Virus record (IMG/VR): IMGVR_UViG_3300032006_002011
Location: 13,604 to 77,603 of that record
Length of the DNA: 64,000 nt
DNA from: a virus
Reading direction: 5' to 3' (one strand)
Under the pieces are notes generated by a model. That model had not been told where the DNA came from, did not search any database, and saw nothing but the letters and a program-made list of their open reading frames with translations. The translations under genes and the position numbers were made by a program. Each line of letters begins with the position of its first letter. Positions within the stretch are counted from its first letter, which is position 1. Shown here piece by piece: positions 59,734 through 64,000 of this stretch.

Positions 59734-59961
59734 ATGGGAAAGTTATATCACGAATACGAAGTAAGAGATTCCGCAACAAACGAAATAATAGATACCATTT
59801 ACATACCAGAGGACACCGAAACCAAAGGGTGGGTTTTTGGAAAGTGGTATAGGAAGAAAGAAGATGGAACTCCTTGCGTTCAAATAAAAAGTGAGGATAA
59901 CACCAAAATAGCAACCTATAAGGGTCATCATATAAACGAAGATGGCGGTGACTTATTTTAA
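59734..59961 (+). CDS. Hypothetical protein
   Basis: 75-aa ORF in operon spacing. Confidence 0.6.
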   Translation: MGKLYHEYEVRDSATNEIIDTIYIPEDTETKGWVFGKWYRKKEDGTPCVQIKSEDNTKIATYKGHHINEDGGDLF

Positions 59962-59995
59962 TTAAAATATAAATACATATATATTTATTACCATT

Positions 59996-60607
59996 ATGTC
60001 ATTTGAAGATTTAGATAACAACTTTGATAAAGTTGCACAGACTCCACGGAAAACTGATATTAAACGTCAAGAGGAACGTGAGCAAGAGCAAGTTGAAGAA
60101 AAAGTTAAATACGAGACAACCTTTGAAAATCCAGGGTTGACTGGTTTATTGGCTGCTTTTCAAGAAAAATTAAAAAACCGAGATCCGGAAAAAGCAGATT
60201 CGGGTGAATTTGAAACCGTAAATTTAACTTCACATAGTGTTATAAACACAACCCCACAAGCAGCTCCACAAAATGAAGTATCGGAGGAGCAAATTGATAG
60301 TCTACTAAAAAATACTCCAAGTGAAGTATCCAAAGAACTTGAGGTTGAAGAAACACGGGCAAAACTTAGATACGAAAGTACTCACCCAACAATTGACAAC
60401 CGTCCGTCAATTCACGATATAACCGGACCAACATCTCCCCCGACACCAAACACATCTCAACAACCATATTCACAGGGTCAGCAGATAACGGACGATGAAG
60501 TTGCCAGACAACTTGCCATTCACAATCAGAAAAAGGCCGAGAGACAAGCACAAGAAGCACTTGAGTCTGAAACTACTGAACCTTCCGAGTCGGGTGAAAC
60601 CGAGTAA
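59996..60607 (+). CDS. Hypothetical acidic low-complexity protein
   Basis: 203 aa, TATATTTAT upstream. Confidence 0.7.
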   Translation: MSFEDLDNNFDKVAQTPRKTDIKRQEEREQEQVEEKVKYETTFENPGLTGLLAAFQEKLKNRDPEKADSGEFETVNLTSHSVINTTPQAAPQNEVSEEQIDSLLKNTPSEVSKELEVEETRAKLRYESTHPTIDNRPSIHDITGPTSPPTPNTSQQPYSQGQQITDDEVARQLAIHNQKKAERQAQEALESETTEPSESGETE

Positions 60608-60633
60608 TTTCTGCATAGAAATGTGACGGGGGT

Positions 60634-61851
60634 ATGTTAAAAGAACATTTTAAAAAGTTCTACGACATGAAACCATATATCCTCATTGAAGAGGATGAAT
60701 GGAAAGACATCATGCAGAAGTATGAAAAGGAAGATGTCGTAGAACAACTCGCAAAGGTATTGCACACTTACCCCGCACCCGTTCCAGAAATAAGTGACAA
60801 ACAAACACTTCATAGTCTAAACAAGTTAAAGGGAATCCGATGGAACGATGTTCTTATTGAGAAGAAGTGGTTTCCTCGAAACGAACGAAAGTCCAACTAC
60901 CACTTGAACTATAACGATTCTCAGTTTCTGTTGAAAAGAAACAATTCGGGTAATAATGCTTCCAATCCATTTCATGTGGAAAACCGATGGAAGGTTGATT
61001 GGACAAGAACCCCAAGTGGTTGGAAGACTTGGCAAACGGTTCGAGGAATCAAGACAATTGTTCGTGCGTATTGGACATTGGACGAAGTTCTTAATCGTGT
61101 TGATATCAACACACTCCGTATGGCAACAACTCTTAGAAAGTATGTCGCATCACAATTCAAACCTGCGGTTGCAAAAGCATTTTACGATTATTTCAAAAGT
61201 GAAAACGTATTGGACTTTAGTGCGGGGTGGGGAGATAGACTTGCTGGGTTCTATACGGGTGAAACAACCAAACACTATGTTGGAATCGACCCCAATACAA
61301 ATAACCACCCCAATTACAAAAAGCAAGTTGAGTTCTATAAAAAATACTCAACTTTCTTTGAACAAGATAGAGAAGTTGAAATGATTGAGAGTCCGGCGGA
61401 GGATGCAGACTATTCCAAATATGAAAACTTCTTTGACACCATTTTTACAAGTCCACCTTATTTTAATACAGAGAAATATACAGAGGACGATACTCAATCG
61501 TGGGTTCGTTACAAGAAAATTGACGAGTGGAACGAAAAGTTCCTTCACGCAACGATTAAAAAACTTATTCCCACGTTAAAGTCGGGAGGAATCCTCGCAG
61601 TCAATATTGCCGACGTATTCAATGCACCAATCAATGACTATGTGGAAATTACCAACCCAATGAATGACTTTATTAAATCACAAGGATTGAAGTATCGTGG
61701 TTGTATCGGAATGGAAATGACCAAACGATTCAACTCGGGTGGGGCAGGTAATGCCAAGAGTGAATATTTCTCGGAAGACCTCAAGGAGATTACCGAAGAA
61801 ACAAAAGACGTAGCATTCGCAGAACCAATTTGGATATGGGAAAAACCCTAA
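60634..61851 (+). CDS. Amino (N6A/N4C-type) DNA methyltransferase
   Basis: LDFSAGWGDRL, GIDPN, FTSPPYF. Confidence 0.85.
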   Translation: MLKEHFKKFYDMKPYILIEEDEWKDIMQKYEKEDVVEQLAKVLHTYPAPVPEISDKQTLHSLNKLKGIRWNDVLIEKKWFPRNERKSNYHLNYNDSQFLLKRNNSGNNASNPFHVENRWKVDWTRTPSGWKTWQTVRGIKTIVRAYWTLDEVLNRVDINTLRMATTLRKYVASQFKPAVAKAFYDYFKSENVLDFSAGWGDRLAGFYTGETTKHYVGIDPNTNNHPNYKKQVEFYKKYSTFFEQDREVEMIESPAEDADYSKYENFFDTIFTSPPYFNTEKYTEDDTQSWVRYKKIDEWNEKFLHATIKKLIPTLKSGGILAVNIADVFNAPINDYVEITNPMNDFIKSQGLKYRGCIGMEMTKRFNSGGAGNAKSEYFSEDLKEITEETKDVAFAEPIWIWEKP

Positions 61852-62972
61852 ACTATTCGGTCTTTAAAGACGAAGATATTCCTTTGGTAAAGACTGCATC
61901 TTCTAAAAATACCAAAAGTCGTTATTGCAAATTGATGCAAGACTTTGATGTGGATGCATCAAACCAAAACTGGCATGAGGTGGATACTCTGTCGGTCATA
62001 CCAAACAATATATACAACTATATAGATTTGTTTGCGGGTGGTGGGGGATTTTCCCAAGGAGTAACTTCCGCAGGATTCAACAAAGTGTTGAGTGTTGAAA
62101 TGGATAAAGACGCATCGTCAACTCTTAGAAACAACTTCCCAGATTCACAACACCACGAAGGGTTGATTGAAAATTTAAGTGAGTCGTTGCTAGAGGAGTA
62201 TATTCAGGGAAAGAAGATTCATGCGGTATTTGGTGGACCTCCATGCCAAGGATTCTCAGTTGCAGGACTCCGTGACCCAAACGATCCTCGCAATAAATTG
62301 TGGAAAGAATATATACGTATTGTTGAATATATACAACCCGACTTTCTTATCATGGAGAATGTCCCCGGTATGCTTACTTCCCAAAATGGAGAAGTTTATA
62401 AAGAACTTCTCAAACAACTTTCGGGTATCGGTTATCCAAATACAAGCATTAGGATTCTTGAAGTTGCCAAATACAATGTTCCACAACTAAGAACAAGAGC
62501 AATCTTTGTTGGAAACAGACACGGAGCAAAGAACCCATATCCCAAACCCTTTAAGATGGAGAGTGAATATCAGTCAATAGATGAAGCAATATCCGACTTG
62601 TCACATATACCATTTGATCCTTCGTGGAATCATGAAGGAACTCGTCACTCCGTAGAAATGACAAAACGACTTTCCAAGATTGAACCAGGAGGTTCGTTGT
62701 ATGAATCGTTTCGTGATTCGTGGAAACGACAACGCAAAGGAGTTCCGAGTATGACGATAAAGGAAAATCACGGAGGTGTTCATGTTCATTACGATTTGAA
62801 TCGTGTGCTGACTGCCCGTGAGATGGCAAGACTACAAACCTTCCCAGATGACTACATTTTCAGTGGAACTTTCAAACGAGCATATTGGCAAATAGGCAAC
62901 GCAGTCCCATGTAACTTTGCGGAACACCTTGCTCTTGGAATTTCAAATGACCTTGACATTTTGCGTCTATAA
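61836..62972 (+). CDS. dcm: C5-cytosine DNA methyltransferase
   Basis: DLFAGGGG, GGPPCQGFS, ENV, QLRTR, RLQTFPD, GNAVP. Confidence 0.93.
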   Translation: MGKTLNYSVFKDEDIPLVKTASSKNTKSRYCKLMQDFDVDASNQNWHEVDTLSVIPNNIYNYIDLFAGGGGFSQGVTSAGFNKVLSVEMDKDASSTLRNNFPDSQHHEGLIENLSESLLEEYIQGKKIHAVFGGPPCQGFSVAGLRDPNDPRNKLWKEYIRIVEYIQPDFLIMENVPGMLTSQNGEVYKELLKQLSGIGYPNTSIRILEVAKYNVPQLRTRAIFVGNRHGAKNPYPKPFKMESEYQSIDEAISDLSHIPFDPSWNHEGTRHSVEMTKRLSKIEPGGSLYESFRDSWKRQRKGVPSMTIKENHGGVHVHYDLNRVLTAREMARLQTFPDDYIFSGTFKRAYWQIGNAVPCNFAEHLALGISNDLDILRL

Positions 62973-63015
62973 TATATATTTATAGATATACATAATTAAA
63001 AACTCAAACAATAAA

Positions 63016-63306
63016 ATGGAATCAGAAGAAAACACAATGGAAAAGGAATCACTTGAGTTTCTTGCAAACTGCTCGGTTGATGACTTTGTTACTCTATACG
63101 AACATATGACAATGTGCAAACTGGAAGAAATTCAAGACGATACAATGGAACTCAAGTATAAAATCACAGAGTCAGAAGGTGACCCAGAAGAATGTGGCAC
63201 ACTAGTTTCGTTTAATAAAATGGTCGAGGGTGTTGAAGCAGTTTTCGGAATGACCTTTGATGATTTGAAATATTTGCACGAAAAAATTTGTGAAATAAGA
63301 AAGTAA
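63016..63306 (+). CDS. Hypothetical acidic protein
   Basis: 96-aa ORF. Confidence 0.65.
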   Translation: MESEENTMEKESLEFLANCSVDDFVTLYEHMTMCKLEEIQDDTMELKYKITESEGDPEECGTLVSFNKMVEGVEAVFGMTFDDLKYLHEKICEIRK

Positions 63307-63310
63307 TGTT

Positions 63311-63520
63311 ATGGAAATAAAAACCACCGCAATAGTTGCATTCATTCTCGGATTAGTTGGAATTATTTTTCTGCCACTTGGAATTATATGGGCAGTAAAT
63401 ACTTTGTTCTCTGCGGGTATCGAATATAGTTTAATAAATTGGGCAGCTGCCATATTTCTGCAAGTCTATCTTCAGGTCATACTGAAGTCGGCAGTTATCG
63501 GAAGTAAACCTGCGAAATAA
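63311..63520 (+). CDS. Small two-TM membrane protein
   Basis: Hydrophobic; PLGIIWAVNTLF motif. Confidence 0.65.
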   Translation: MEIKTTAIVAFILGLVGIIFLPLGIIWAVNTLFSAGIEYSLINWAAAIFLQVYLQVILKSAVIGSKPAK

Positions 63521-63561
63521 ATCCTTTACGTAATCAACATATCTCTATATATTTATATAAT

Positions 63562-63888
63562 ATGAAATACAATAATACAGCAAAGTTTACATTTGACTAT
63601 ACCTGGAGAGACGGGGACGATAATGTTGTATCGAGAACACGACACACAGTATCAGAAGAAACCCTCGGTGAAATCCTAAACGCATTTGAACTTTTTCTAA
63701 GAGGTTCGGGGTTCGTATTCAACGGAGTATTAGACATAGTGGACGAAGAAACAAACCAACCAACACACATGAGCCAACAGGTGGAAATGAAATTGTTTGA
63801 AGATAAGCAACTTGAATTTGATTTTGTAAAAGAGTTGTTTAACGAACCTAAAAAAGATATAGATAAGTCAAAAGATTTGGACAAGTGA
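63562..63888 (+). CDS. Hypothetical protein
   Basis: FELFLRGSGFVF; TATATTTAT upstream. Confidence 0.65.
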   Translation: MKYNNTAKFTFDYTWRDGDDNVVSRTRHTVSEETLGEILNAFELFLRGSGFVFNGVLDIVDEETNQPTHMSQQVEMKLFEDKQLEFDFVKELFNEPKKDIDKSKDLDK

Positions 63889-63889
63889 A

Positions 63890-64000
63890 GTGATTCACAA
63901 ACCAAACTTATCATTCTACAAGGGGATATCCAAACATCAAGTTTTTACACAGGTAGTTCATTGTAAAAAATCAGATTACGATATTTACATCGGCCGCCCT
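63890..64000 (+). CDS. DUF4326-family protein, 5' part (runs off window)
   Basis: GTG 63890; VVHCKKSDYDIYIGRP signature. Confidence 0.7.
   Translation, partial: MIHKPNLSFYKGISKHQVFTQVVHCKKSDYDIYIGRP

Overview
A 64-kb slice of a large, low-GC, T4-like/jumbo myophage genome; no host is identifiable with certainty. 1-30 kb (minus strand) is a virion block. It holds a giant >=3,641-aa gp7/gpI-like baseplate protein that runs off the window and is absent from the ORF track, gp6, gp25, a gp5-like spike, a gp55-like late sigma factor with an H1-like tail, a membrane coiled-coil gene with an apparent -1 frameshift extension, Hsp20, an HD hydrolase, fibre-like proteins and PhoH. 30-43 kb (plus strand) is a glycosylation block: five glycosyltransferases (a sixth sits at 24 kb), UDP-glucose dehydrogenase, DHH phosphoesterase plus sulfotransferase, cupin, cytidylyltransferase and epimerase. 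43-49 kb is a separately promoted, overlapping five-gene operon (AsnB amidotransferase, 2-hydroxyacid dehydrogenase, GNAT-like/2OG-Fe hydroxylase fusion, PLP enzyme, amino-MTase-fold protein). It is the best candidate for an undescribed system, probably DNA-base hypermodification. 49-58.6 kb (minus) has tandem nuclease-like paralogues, a lipase-GDPD fusion, a ParB-like protein, 10 tRNAs and an HNH gene. 58.7-64 kb (plus) has an Hc1 histone-like protein and two DNA methyltransferases. A recurrent TATATTTAT element precedes many genes. All calls come from motif reading by eye; no database searches were run.
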